A stretch of DNA of 63,754 nucleotides, filler included, from Bigelowiella natans CCMP2755 (lineage: Eukaryota; Protista; Cercozoa): assembly GCA_000320545.1 (NCBI GenBank). It is 4 parts of 4 records of this genome, joined end to end, with 100 filler letters (N's around TTAATTAATTAA, not from the genome) between each part and the next. Parts side by side here need not be neighbours in the genome. Positions count along the whole stretch, not along the records: positions 1 to 27,055 come from ADNK01003091.1; 3 more parts are not named here. One strand, given 5' to 3'. Positions 1 through 13,800 of the stretch are shown one piece after another (position 1 is the stretch's first letter; every line of letters begins with the position of its first letter). A program made the translations under genes and the position numbers. Below the pieces are notes generated by a model. It ran no database searches, was not told where the DNA came from, and saw nothing but the letters and a program-made list of their open reading frames with translations.

Positions 1-170
1 GTATAGTCTCTACGGCCTCCCCCCCCCCCCTCTCTCTCTCCCTCTCTCTCTCCATCGGCAATACTTCGGAACGTTCGCATCAAAAGCATGCGTCCGCACA
101 TGCAAGTACGCTCGCGCGCTTTGCAGCAAGTATCCCACACAAACACACACACACACACACACACACGCGG

Positions 171-213
<43 letters not shown>

Positions 214-971
214 TGTTTTTCCTACCCATAAACAGTGCCGAAATGGCAGCAAACGCCGTGAGGAATGGCGCGAGGAAACGAGCGGAGACATCCGATAAAC
301 CCATGTCCAGATACCCAAACCATCTTTCGGATGTGAATGGATCACAGCCAGCCGGACAAAAAAAGAGGAGGAAGAAGAAGAAGCAGCAGCAGCAATGACA
401 TCGAGAAGACGACGAAGATAATTACGAAACGGATCTATCCAAGAAAAACTCGCCAAAGACTGAAAAAAGCGACATGAAACATTGTTTTTATCATTTCACG
501 CGTGGTTTATATTTGGTGTTCGCTTCATGCGCGGAGGAGAGGAGGCGCGTGCGTGCGTGCCGTCACAACGGACATACAACATCGTGGAATCAACGGTCCA
601 ACGACCGGCCACACCGATAAATGATGAAGTAGAAGGTCAGGACTCCCGCACATGCTCCCAGGACTATCTGCCAGGCCTAAATTGGGAACAAGACAACTGA
701 TTCATTAACACACACACACATATATACTTTTTGATATGCTCGCAGCATTTCTAAAGGTTGGACCACCTTTCGCTGTAGTAAGAACCTCGCTGCTATAAAA
801 CCCTAATCACATCATGTATGCAGATTACGGCGTATGGGGGGGGGGGGGGGGGGGAGGGCATTTCCCACGATTGTGTGCTCAGAAATGCATGCCTCTACCT
901 ATAGTCTCTCCAAAGGAGCGTGTATGATAGTGCGTGTGCGTGCGCGTGTGCGTAAGTTGCTTTTTGGGACC

Positions 972-1010
<39 letters not shown>

Positions 1011-1360
1011 CATTTACGGTGGCCGCAGAGAGTAGGACGCCGTACCACTTCACACCGAGCAGAACCCCCCAGATTAGCCCCAACAGGCCCAGGGAAAGCT
1101 GAAACCCCGACTTGTGTGTGTCGCGCTCCTCGATACCTCGAAATCTAACAAAGAATTGCATAGCCATCAATGCGCGTGTGTGTGTGTGTGCGTGCGTGTG
1201 TGTGTGCGTAATTTTGTTTAATTGCGACGTACCTGATGGCCTTTTGGCCATACTGGACCGATACAAGGGAAACCTTTGAATGTCGCAATATTTGGCGCAT
1301 ACTCAAAATTAGTATATAGAAAGATAGATACATAGTCGTGTGGTGACGATGATGCCTTGA

Positions 1361-1425
<65 letters not shown>

Positions 1426-1915
1426 TTATCACACAATCAATCGCGACCATGCCGGAGAGAAGAAGCAGCGCTTGCGCGAGCATCGGCCGAGAATGGAAGA
1501 AGTATATGTACGCTCCGATCGAATGCCGCACCAGCTTTGTCTTTGCATCGATTGTACCACACGACAGCACACACGCACGTATAAGATCATATTTCAGCTA
1601 TTTCGTAACTACTGTGCATTGCGTATGGGTTGTGTGCAAGTAAGTGTGTGTGCGAGGGCGCGCGTGCTACGTGCGGAGAACAATGCAAGACCTGCACCGC
1701 GACGATGTCTACAAATATAATCCCAAATGCGATGAGCTTCTGCGCTTTCGCCCTGAGACGGCTAGGAACACTGGTCAGCCACCATAAACCACCCTAATAC
1801 GATGATGACGACACGGCACAACACACCACGAGCCAACGAGACGATGATGACGGTGATGATGCTTCTGAATGCATTCAAAGAAGCTCTCGCTCCTCCCCCC
1901 TCCTCCCCCCCCCAT

Positions 1916-1961
<46 letters not shown>

Positions 1962-2324
1962 CTCCCACTCCCAGTCTCTCGCTGGCACGCGCGAGCTGCT
2001 GTCACGTGAAACGACGTACGTCGCGTAAAAAAGAGCATTTACCTTATCTGCCCCGTCCTTGCTGGGGATATGCAGCATGACCGCAATCATCTGCGCGAAA
2101 ACACAAAAACCAAAGTTTTAGTGAGGAAGGACGGCATCTATGATATTCTCTGCCAGGCGGCACAGGGCTGCGGCGGTCGTATATATCCGAAGTGATGCTC
2201 AATCCTTGTTTCATTGAGAACGTGGCGTTTGCAAGTTTTCCCGACGACGACGACGACGACGACGACTCACCGGAATCGACCACAGTAGCAACATATCTAG
2301 GACACCTAGAATATTAAAAAATAA

Positions 2325-2360
<36 letters not shown>

Positions 2361-2364
2361 ATTC

Positions 2365-2413
<49 letters not shown>

Positions 2414-2915
2414 GAGTGCAATCAATCAATAATCGCCCATTTCTCCGTGATTGGCTGCCTGCTCACCGTCGAGAGAGAAGACCTCCGATTTCATCGTCGC
2501 GACATACACGAATACAGGGAAGAGAGGAACGAACACCGTGTGCAGCCAGAAGATATCTGCGATGTAGCAAAGCTGTCAGTGCGTGTGCGCGTGCGCCTTG
2601 ATTTCCTTTTTTCTTTTTGGATCGGTATGAGTTATAAGAGACCCGCGGGGACAATGTAATCGACGGCCTTTCTTCGCTTTCGCTGCTGCATCATAGTGCT
2701 TGCAGTAGGCCCCTCGTACTTAGGATCGTCCTCCTATACACCACATAAAATCCGGACAATGCTTTACACAAACGCTATCGTTATCAGCAGCAGCAGCAGC
2801 AGCAGCAGCAGCAAAGTTAGGCAAATGCCCTCGCGTGTGGCTGGCTGCTCTGGCTCATGATGGGCGTGCATTGTCGGTGTTGTGAAGTCAACACACACGC
2901 ACACACACACACACG

Positions 2916-2963
<48 letters not shown>

Positions 2964-3302
2964 CAACATTTGGAAGAAGTTATACCGGTCTTTTCCCTTT
3001 TGAATGTTTCGTGCTTGCGACCTAATGTTCCGAGCACAGCATACAAAAACATTACACATATGTATCCACCATTATGCCATGCAGAATCGTAAGGTGACGA
3101 TCGACGACCACTAATCGGTAGCAGATGGCGAGGAGGATGGAGAAAGAGAAGCATCCTGCATACATACCTGAAGGACGACACACGCAATATATACCCAACA
3201 TCAGAACCACAACAACATTTCGGTCTCTTCTTGCCCATTTGGAGGCGAGGGCCGATTTACCTATGGCTGATGTGATGCCCCAACACCAGACAGCCTGGTG
3301 AT

Positions 3303-3336
<34 letters not shown>

Positions 3337-3405
3337 GATCATAATCGTAGAGAAAAAATCAATCAAATAAATAACGGTAAACAGCAGCTTCTCTAGGCTG
3401 GAGAT

Positions 3406-3459
<54 letters not shown>

Positions 3460-3979
3460 TGTTTAGCAACATTGCATGAGATGAATATAAAATAAAGGCC
3501 TATCAAGGCATCATATTTCGAAAGAAGTGTTATTTTTCGCCCAGGGGCACGTATATTGCGCCATGTCACACTCAGCAAAACCATGATGACCCTTGGTCAG
3601 TGTTGATTGGTTTTCATGTGTGCTTCTTCTTCTTCTTCTTCTTCTTCTTCTTCTTCTTCTTCTTCTTCTTCTTCGTAAAGAAAAGACCGCTGCCGGTAGC
3701 GACACAGTAGACAACAGCAGCATTTCAAGAAACGGCCTGTATTTGCCCATTCCAAAGCATCAGTTAGTGAGGCAGAGAGAAGGGGAAGGCGTGTATGAGG
3801 GGGGGGGGGGGGGGGGGGGGTGGAGGGGGCTTGAGAATTTATAGACACGTAATGTATACTACCTCCTCATATACAAAAAAATAAAAGCTACTACTACCCT
3901 GATCCTTCTTTCTGCACCCATTGCACGTGCAGCGTTGCCTTAAATATATATATATATATATATATATTGTTTATCCTGT

Positions 3980-4053
<74 letters not shown>

Positions 4054-4922
4054 AGCTGAGGCATGATCGTAGGTACAACGAATACAATTGCAACACATCC
4101 ACTACATACCCAAAGCGCAGCAAGGACTTGGAACACCGTTGTGTTGAATAAGAGGAAGATGTTGGAAGGACCAAAAGGCATATGGCTGATAATTATAGAT
4201 ACATTTCTTCGATCCCATATCTGCAAATCGGCATGTCTCCTTTCGTGTTGCGCAAGTCTATCTAAACAACATTAGGCACCACAAAGCATTGCCAACAGCA
4301 TCCCCGCTATTCAGGGAGCACATGGCGGTCACTTCTGCAACCTTAGGAAGATGATGAAGGACGCGAATATCTCTGCAAATGTCGTGAGCCACATAACGGA
4401 CAGTGCGGCCTGTCGTCAACGTGGTATATGTTTCAAACAACAACTATCGAAAGATTTCATGCAAACAGCCTCTTTGCCCGTCCCCCCCCCCCCCCCTGTC
4501 TCAGCCACCTACGATCACTAACCTCGGTAACCCGGAGCAGGTCAAGAAGGTATCCGATCATTACTCCCAGCACCATTATCCCCACCATTACCTGCATTAA
4601 CATTAGGGGTGGGACATGTCACAACGAGTAATGCTACGAGTGAAAGATCCTCTGTTTCGCTGAAGCTCGCTGGCTTGCTTGCCGCCGCCCACCTGGCCTC
4701 CGTAGGACAGGATCACGGAGTATCCAACACCAAAGAGCACCGACAGGGTCAGGTCATACGGCAGTGCCACGAATGTGCTCTCTTGTATTCTGTGAGAATA
4801 GAGAATCGTCATCATGTTGAAGCACCCTTCGCTTTTGTTCAGATGTGCAACCTCTTCGCTCTCAGCCTATCGCGCCGATACGTTTGCATGCGATCGCTCT
4901 GTCCGTAATTCCAATCGCTCAT
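1..4922 (-). CDS. NEF1-like (No Exine Formation 1) multi-pass membrane protein, multi-exon; 3' end runs off the window
   Basis: ATG at 4922 (MSDWNYGQ...). GT-AG exons read STFVALPYDLTLSVLFGVGYSVILSYGGQ / VMVGIMVLGVMIGYLLDLLRVTE / AALSVMWLTTFAEIFASF / FLLFNTTVFQVLAALW / ATLHVQWVQKEG / PFLEMLLLSTVSLPAA / AVWCWGITSAIG / LVRHSIGAYIYF. These are collinear with remembered plant NEF1 blocks (LGGTPVVATL..ISYIVDSL, WTSLQFKWLQ, LERLLF, AWATISAVG, VF.SFG.YI). Confidence 0.7.
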
Positions 4923-5432
4923 CGCTCGCGTGTGGCGGGAGGGGGGGGGGGGCAAGGAGGAGGGGGCAAGGGAGCGGGCGGAGAGCAGCTCTCGAGCGAT
5001 CAGTACGGACGAATGTTGTCCTTGGACTTTCGGACAACAATCGACAACAACAACAACAATCGACAACAACATCAACATCAACAACAATCAGTCAACCTCA
5101 AAGCGCCGCGTAAAATGAGGCATATTTTCGCAGATTTTTTAGCTTATAAATTATTCAATTCGGAAAACTATTTTCCGCTTACCCCCTGCACCGGAGCGTC
5201 CGCACTTTGCAAATCAATTTCCCTCTAGATTTCGATTTCGATGAATTATTTCCTAAAAAAGGAGAAGCGACAGACGAAGCCGGCTGGGTTTCATTATCTA
5301 TCCCCACCAGAGCACCTAACAGGTTTGCGGCGCTGTGGGGAGGATCTGTTGAGAGGGGGCGGGCGAGGAGGCGGGCGGGGGAGACACAGGGTTGCTCATA
5401 CACGGTTTTCCCATTTTACAGGAGAAATAATA

Positions 5433-5947
5433 ATGGATGCGGAAGCACTGGTGAGGCGCCCTGGGCGCTCTTCAACATCCTCGGGGCTCCTCCTCCTCCT
5501 CCTCCTCCTCTCGTTACTGGGACTCGCCGTGGTCTTCATCGCCGAGCCCGCCCCCCGCCAAGCCCTTACGAGCAATAGTGTTGGCAGCACAAGGACGATT
5601 GTGAGCCAGGAGTTCTCGTCAACTCAATCCAGGTGGGTGATGGTAATCCTCTGCGTCTGTCCCTTATGTAACCGGGAAAACAGGGTCGAAGAGGCGGTCT
5701 GAGCAATGTGCTGCCAGCAGTGGCATTGCTGCCACTATTAGCAGCAGCAATGACAGCGTGAATAGGAGGGCCCTAAAGCAGCACTGACGGTCTTGTGTTT
5801 TTCCTGATGCTTCCCCACTCCCCCATCATCGTCATCCAGGACGGCAGCTGAGTGCCTCGATGGGGAGGGTGTGGGAAAGGGAAGGATGCTGCCGAATCGT
5901 CGACTGTCTCTTGCAATGGCTCTCAGACTGTAAGAACAGTCCACATT

Positions 5948-5992
<45 letters not shown>

Positions 5993-6694
5993 CCACACAC
6001 ACACACACCATCGGATTCTCCCTGTCTTTGTTTGTTTCTATGTGTGGGTGGGGCGAAAGTAGCGAGGGCTTAACGAGAGAGAGAAACACCACAGTTGTGT
6101 GGGTGCATGATGCGGCAAAGGGCTGCTCTCCTCTACTGTCGCCGCTGAAAATGAGCGCGCGCTATTTCTCACTAAATTCACTAATATCTATCAGGTCGGG
6201 CGGCATAAGGGTTGGTGCATAGCGCTCACGCGATTGCGAACGACTTTTTTGTGGACTATTGTGTTGATTTTGTCATGTCGATTGTGCGGCCAAAACCTTC
6301 AACAAGCTACTACTAAATATAGATGCTGAGCTGCAACTGAACAGTTGCGAGCACATTTGAATGAAACCCTAGGGGAGCGAGGTGTACTTACTGTTACTGC
6401 TATTGTCATTCTCGCTGTATTATTTCACCGAAGGCCTCAGCGGGTGATGATGACGACGAGGAGGAGGATGGGCCTGTTGAAGCAGCGCTTCGCGATGAAG
6501 AAGATGTGAGGATGAGAAGGGCTAGGGGAGGAGGGAAATTAAAGCTCTTATTCTTTACCCACGAGCCATGATATACTTTTCCGTTTTGTGTTGTAACAGG
6601 AGGAGGATAGCGATCCTGATTTCGACCCCGATGAGGATGTAAATGACGATCATACGCGCGTCCATAAAAACTATTATTATATACAGAAATATAC

Positions 6695-6726
<32 letters not shown>

Positions 6727-6931
6727 GTTCTCATAGCATCACCCTTTTCCTTGCCTTGGACAGGATGATGATCAGGATGAGAACGACGGTGATGATGACG
6801 ACGACGATGACGATGATGATGACGACGATGAGGAAAACTATGACGATGAAGATGGCGATGGAGAGGAGGAGGACGACGAAGAAGAGCCACCGAGAAAATC
6901 AAAAAGAAGAACAAAAAGGGCTAGGAGATGA
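5433..6931 (+). CDS. Small protein: signal peptide + transit-like leader, long Asp/Glu tract, basic C-terminus
   Basis: Phase-consistent GT-AG exons: [38 protein letters not shown]... / ...RRLSLAMALRL / SGGIR / ASAGDDDDEEED... / EEDSDPDFDPDED / DDDQDEND...EEEPPRKSKRRTKRARR*. TGA at 6929-6931. Confidence 0.7.
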
Positions 6932-7860
6932 ATAGTAGGGTATTTCTACTCGCCTCACGTTCAGAAAGGCTGCAATCTAGCAATGCATTGAATCTTCAAT
7001 CCAGAGTTGATCACTCCCACAAAGAAAATTTAGAATGCGCGCACATCTAGATGTGTACATCTGGCCGCTATGCAGGCTAACTAGCAGGTGCAATTCCAAA
7101 GCCTCATCATCGCTTCACCTGCATGATGTGTTGCATCTTGCGATACGGCAACACGCAGGGTGGCAGTGACCAGTCATTGAGATGCAAGTGTGCGTACGCA
7201 CTGAACTACAGCAATGCTAGAATGGTTCGATATATGAATAGACGTAGCGTTCTAGCGTTTCATGCAGCCTAGCTAGCTAGCTGCGCATGCATCGCTAGAT
7301 TGTTTGACACTCTCATCAATCAAGCTTACGTGCAGGCTAGCAGGCATGTCTAGATGTTACATTGCTCTCATCCTATCTAGCTATCCTAGCATCTAGCAGA
7401 AACACATAGACACGAAAGACAAGTGCCTTGTGTTCATCTAGCAACAGCCACGATCAACGTACAATCGATACCCAGCTATTCTGACTTTCTAGCTTGTGTC
7501 CTTGGCTACACGACCAAGGTGCGTGGGCTTCATTGATGGAAAGCGCTCTGCGCGCTTTTGTTCGCTTATATTACTTCTAAAATTTTATTACAACCAGACA
7601 AATACCAAATACATTAAAACATGATGCTTAATTGAATTAACTAATTAACATAAGCCCAAAAAGTTCGCATTGTTGAGTGGAGAACATTGTATTTCACAAC
7701 TACTTTATGAAAATGAGAACGTTCGCTGGAACTAATGACCATGTTTATTAGGCTATTAGGAAGCATGTTCCATCCATCTGCAATAAAGCTAAATAAATAC
7801 CGTAATTACTCCGCAACTACAATGACGCATCACTATTCGTATAATGTATGGGGGCTTTCA

Positions 7861-10800
7861 CTACTGAGGTTCAGAAGTGAAAGAAAACAATTTGCTCGTT
7901 GTCCAGTGACATGTCTGCATTTTATATCCAACGATTAGAATCAACAATGGATTTGGAATATTAGGTTAGGATTGCAAAATACACGCATAAAGGTAGGTAC
8001 CACGCGTGTAGATTTGGAATCGAATAGAGATGGGCTGGGATCACAGTCGATCACCTGGCAATATAATCTAAGTTGTGAACGAAATCTCTCGGCCCTTCGG
8101 CGAACAACGAAGGCACCTTTGCATGGGTGTCACCAATGTGGAAATCTTTGTTGAAGAAGACGTACGGCTCTGCTTCTAAATACTTTACTAACGATTCCTG
8201 AGAACGACTATGTAATGATACAGTGCACCATACTCGAAGATTAGTATGCTCTTGCCTTAAGATTGTGTCGAACGTCATGCATTCTTCTTGCAAAGTTAGA
8301 TCTGTGGTGGTGGTGGCACATATCAAGATAAACTAAACAATGTAGTTCTCGCCGACGTACCGCACTGTGAGATTCATTGTCGTACAAAGATCCTCCCACT
8401 CCCTCATACCCTGAAGGTCTTCCTGTCACAGCACAACAATATGCGGTATGCACATGCACATTCGTGGTCACGGTTGAGAAGTCATTCCCCCGACTACCTG
8501 GTAAGAGTCGACATGCCTTAAGACTCTGCTCGAACAAATGCTGTCGCCTATCATCCGCATTTCCTATGATTGATTTTGTGAGATTCACTCAATTTCAACG
8601 AAGTGTCGTTTGTATCGATTACCTCCATGTTCAGGTTGCAGTTAGCAAAGTGTACTGCGGCGAGAGTAACATTCTCTTGTAATGCTTGGCTAAAATTGCG
8701 CGCGGCCTGGGAGCAACAGTTAAGCACAGTACGATGTAATCTCGAGATTCCATGAGTTCTCGTCAGAAATTTGAGTCTTCCTCAATCTTGTGATATGACC
8801 TTGTAGCTAGCCGTAAATCGGTATCCGAAATTGTTTCTATTCATCTTCAAACACTTCATCCCTACATGGAATGAGGTGTGTATCTTTTGTTTCGTAGAAA
8901 TAGCGTGAGGTTACCTTTATTCTTCGAGACCATCTCGCATACAGCCAGCGCTCCTTCGTGGCCGAACCCCTGGGTGCGGGGACGAGTTCATTGGTGGTGA
9001 GAGAGATGTAGGAAGCAAGAATTACCGTTTGGGAGATATTGAGCGATTTCAATTTGCTATTCTGACACATTGCTCTGCATATGTGAACGACCCCTTGATC
9101 ATCTAGCGGGTTTCCTCGCAAGTCAAGGACCTGCAATGATGATCGCATGTTGTAAATCATCGTGTGGAGGTGAAGCACCGGTGCTCTTATACCGACAGAC
9201 GAGCATCAACACCCCGGAGAACATTTGCTAAAGCCTGCGCGCCTTTCGAACCTGCGTGTGTTACTCCATTCAAGTTTCATTAGCAAGAGATGGCCATATG
9301 CGAGAAAGCGCTTACCAATTTCGTTCCAACCAATATCTAACCAATTTAAGGTAGGGGCTTGCTCAAGGCCTGCCGTTTCAATGAAGAGATAAATACTCAT
9401 TAGCGACGTAATGTTGCACCTGTTACAAAGCACTAGAGACGATTGTAAGCATGCACACCTCTCGCTAGAGTTCGCGCTCCCGCATCGTCAATCCGGCAGC
9501 TGAACGAGAGCACGGTTTGTCTTCTCGTCAGGCAAAGGTTATATCCAGTAAGATGATAATTCTACCGAGAAATTTTCAGAGTTGCCAAAGAGACTGCCTC
9601 AGATAGCGCCCGAACAAGAAACTTATCTTGAGATTCCTATCAAAAACGAATTATTTTCAAATAGAAATAGACCATTCTAGAGGGGAGGGCTTGTGTTTTA
9701 TATGTTCGATGTATGACCCGCCTTCCCTCCCCACCCCACACTCCTCCCGTAGTACGCGGATAGTACAATGTTTTGGAAGGCAGATGCGTTTTGGGAAAGA
9801 TCTAGGTGGTCAATTGTAGTCGTCCGTTCTCTCAGAACGAGTAGTAGAACATTCAACCTAAAAGTAAATGTTTTTGTTAAAGATCTCTCCAGTCAAAGCT
9901 TGATGATGATAAGGATGATAATACCCTGAATGGTCAAACTGGTTATCCCGAAGATCAAGTGCTCTAACAGAGCTGAATGAAGACCTACGAACCCATATCC
10001 CATCAGAATTCCAAACACTGAGTGATTAATATGAATCACCCGATGGCCCATGCGACGTGTTCCACCTAATTATCGGTGTGCATTAAATATTCGTCCGCAA
10101 ATCCTTTGAAATAAACGGAATGCGTGCTCTGCGATTTAAAATATTTTCTTCGGCCATCTAGCTACTGATCTGTTCTCTAGTATTTCAAACAAAAAGAGTT
10201 ACCTCGTGGTTTCCGAGCCCTCTTGAGGCCAGAGAGACTCGTCTGTCTGTTAACGGCATAACCTAGAATAATCGTAATATGTGAAACTATGAGGTTTTTA
10301 TCCACGATGCATTAAACATTAAACTTGTTTAGCACTCACTGCATATTTCCTTGGATCAAAACCAGCGAATCTGCATACACAGACACAATGGAGCTGAACT
10401 GATAGATGACTATATCGTGTAACACATCGAAATTACAATGGATCAGAGTCGTCTTCAAGAAATGTCATGTGTTCCCTAGCGCCGCCTTTTGTAATAGATT
10501 TGTCAGATTCACCATAATATGTTGAATTTTTTCCACAATACCAAGGATGAAGAGAATGTCAATCTTTACGTGAGCAATAACCCGACCCTTGTGGCTGCAT
10601 AAGGTAGGCGAGGTTTGCAGGCTATGAAAAGGGTATTATGAAGTTCACTTTACCGAACGTTATTCGCTGGTACCAATGCGAGCCATCGAGAACTATATCG
10701 ACCATTTTGAGATTCCACCTAAAGGTTAATTATCTGTTTTATGTCTTCGTTTTTATACGCAATACGTGCCGTGATGTCGTCACCTGTCTCAGCGACAAAC

Positions 10801-13800
10801 ATGCAGTCCCAACCTCGTTGCCCTTATCATTGCATAGACCGACTCGTAATGCAGGCAGTTGACCTAACAGCAGTACAGGTCGTTATGCTGGAGCACCCCC
10901 TTTCTAATTGCCAAGAAAAGCCAACCTCCTTTTTTGGGTATCCTTCTCATTATAGGAACAGTAAAGCTAGACTGATCCCAGACAACATCGAAACCTTCTT
11001 TCTCCGAGGGTGGCGTGTAGCGCTCCCATATATTTCGGTTTGGTGAATTTGCTCGACTTCGTCTTGGAGACGATATCCGTTTGGGGCTTCGAACAGGAGA
11101 GTGACCGTGCCGGGAAGGTGGCGTCGTGGCCTTACTCCGAAGTCTACTTTTGCGAACTGGAGACATATGTACGTTTTTGCCTGAATGGAGAGGGGGTGCA
11201 AAAGAGAAAAGAAGTTTTCGAAGTCGGAGATAACAGAGTACATAGTTTACGTATGTGTAACAGTTGAAAATGTGCACAATTCTGCTTAACCCAATTCGTC
11301 GCTATGGGATTTCTGAATTAGATTCTTTTTCCTGGGCGGCAAGGAATGCTGAAACGAAATTGGAGAGGATCTGTCGATATAAAGGGAGGAAATTATTTTC
11401 AAATGGAAATATCGTCAACTACGAATGAGCTGGATTGAATCAGAATTGAACAAAGCATTGATGCAAAATCTACATGCGCAAGAATCACATAGAAGACAAG
11501 CTTGCGCATGCAGCAGCGCCTCATGAATACGTTATAGGACCTTAACCCCATGCTGTTCTGCCCTGATGAATATGAGCTCGACACGCCGTCCAACGAAAAC
11601 AAGTCAGTAGACACATGTCTCATACTGCGGGGAGAGTCCTGCTTCTCAAAATTTCCTTTACACAAATTGCTGTTATCTGTTCTATGTTCGAAACTATGTA
11701 AATCTCTGTTTAAGATACCTATTACTGTCGTCACGATAATTTCCGCATCTAGGTCTTCAGAGATAATTAGGATCTTTGGATTTTCCCCTGAAATTTGAAG
11801 TAGACTTTTGGCAGGAGACTCTTGCGAGCTTATAGGAGGCCCAGACATTTCTGCATATATAAATATTAAATAATATATAAAATAATATACATACATACAT
11901 ATGTTATTGTTGAAGTAATTTCGGTTTGAAGAATAAAATTAGTCACCCAGCATTGCAGGGAGCGATCGTTCCCTTCCTCTTCCTTAATAATTTAACAAAT
12001 TGAAACTGTTATTGATTGCCTTAATGAGGCATTGATATATGTAGAACGATTATTTGAAGACCGGCGATGGATGGAAACAAAGGCCCCCCGCTCTTTGCAT
12101 CCCTTTCGGAGCCAAGAAAAGAGGATACATCGTCTACAGGATAATACAATTCGAAGTTGAAATATTTATAATACTCATGTTTATAATACCCATGTTTTCG
12201 AATTTAGTTACCGAAGGTCCTCAATATCTTTGCGAATGTTATTTGTCCAAGGAATTGAATCTGGTGTCGAAATTCGAGAATGAAAAACTTCAATGAGATT
12301 AGCTGGACTATTTCCTAAACCTCAAGTGGCTTTTTGTTCGCCGATATCTTCACTCGACGTGTGATAGCAAACTTCTCCTTTCGGGTTTCCTCACAGGTCA
12401 TGTCTCGAATGTGTATTCTTCGTACGCTGAGAACTCAGTCATGTTCATTTCTAAATTTTGGAAACACAGTGTTGTCTACCTGGTTGAAGGAGGGGTTGGG
12501 TAAGACTTCATCTCTGTTTTCCCAACATTCTCCTCCGTTTCGTTCTATTCAGGATGAAAATCAACTTAATTTATAGAATAATAATTACACCAGAAAGGTT
12601 TCATACTTGGTAGAGAAGAGATAACCCTAATTGCCATTTTCCTTTCAATTGCAAACCACCCATTCCTCTGATTCGGATCCGTAGAAGGGGTCCAGATGGA
12701 GGTATTCCGTGCAGATCATCATGGATAACTTCGCCATCATCATGTAGCGTCAGTGTCATTGATGACGTTTTGCGAAGATGTCTAATGCGCAATGTACAAA
12801 TTGGATTTTCACAAAGATTGTCATGATATTACTTGAAAGTATTAACTGAAATTATAGGCTTCACTAACCTTTTTTTGATAGAAAGTTGCACCCATCTACG
12901 CATAGGCTGCTTTGCAAATGAGCTAAATGCCTGAATGTTAAAGGATACCATATTCACTTAAAGAGTATACCTACGTGCCTATAGTAAAAGAATACCATCA
13001 TGTACCTGAGTCAGCGTGAAAGCTCGCATAAAAGACCGATCTGCAGCTGGTTGACTTTGTAGAAACCCTATCCGATCAAATCCAGCATACTGCTTCGAAA
13101 TGCTCCTTTTCGAAGCACTGCTCGTTTTGGAGTCTACGTTCAATTTGTCGACATAAATACGATTAGATACTAGTTTTCATGGTACGTTTTCGTGAATCAG
13201 AACCGTCTCGATGGCGATAGACCGTCCGAAAGTGCTCGTACCCCTTCAGAAGATCGAAAAATGCATCTGCAACTCGAGATCGTATTTCCTCGCTCACAAG
13301 TCGAAAATGCTTATCATCTGCAAACATGTTTCAAACAACTTATTTATTTGTGATTGTCAGAACACTCGATAGAGACCTTTTTCTTTCGGAGATTCAATCT
13401 CAACCTTGGGAAAGGCCAACGGAGAGTCGTCGTTTGGTTTACCGGGTTCCTCAGCGTAAATCTTGGAAAGTTGACTTATTGGAGAGTTTGGTGGGGGGCT
13501 GACCTTATCCTCCATGCTTGAGCTATTTTCGTTTCCTCTGGAGAATGATTTTGTTTCTAGCTTGGAAGCTCGATGAATACTCTTCGGTGTTCGAGATCGT
13601 GACCTTTCCGTTTTGTTTAGCTGTTTTCGCATGTAGCTTGCATCTATATATCAAGTTGTTAAGTAAAGTGCAAAGACAGCCATTGTTTGATTATAAACCT
13701 GGGAGCGTCCACGAGGGTGGGTTGGCAAGCTGAAGGAAACAATCAATATATTTTACTAAGAATGTGAATAGAAATCCAGGAACATATGCTAGATTGCATA

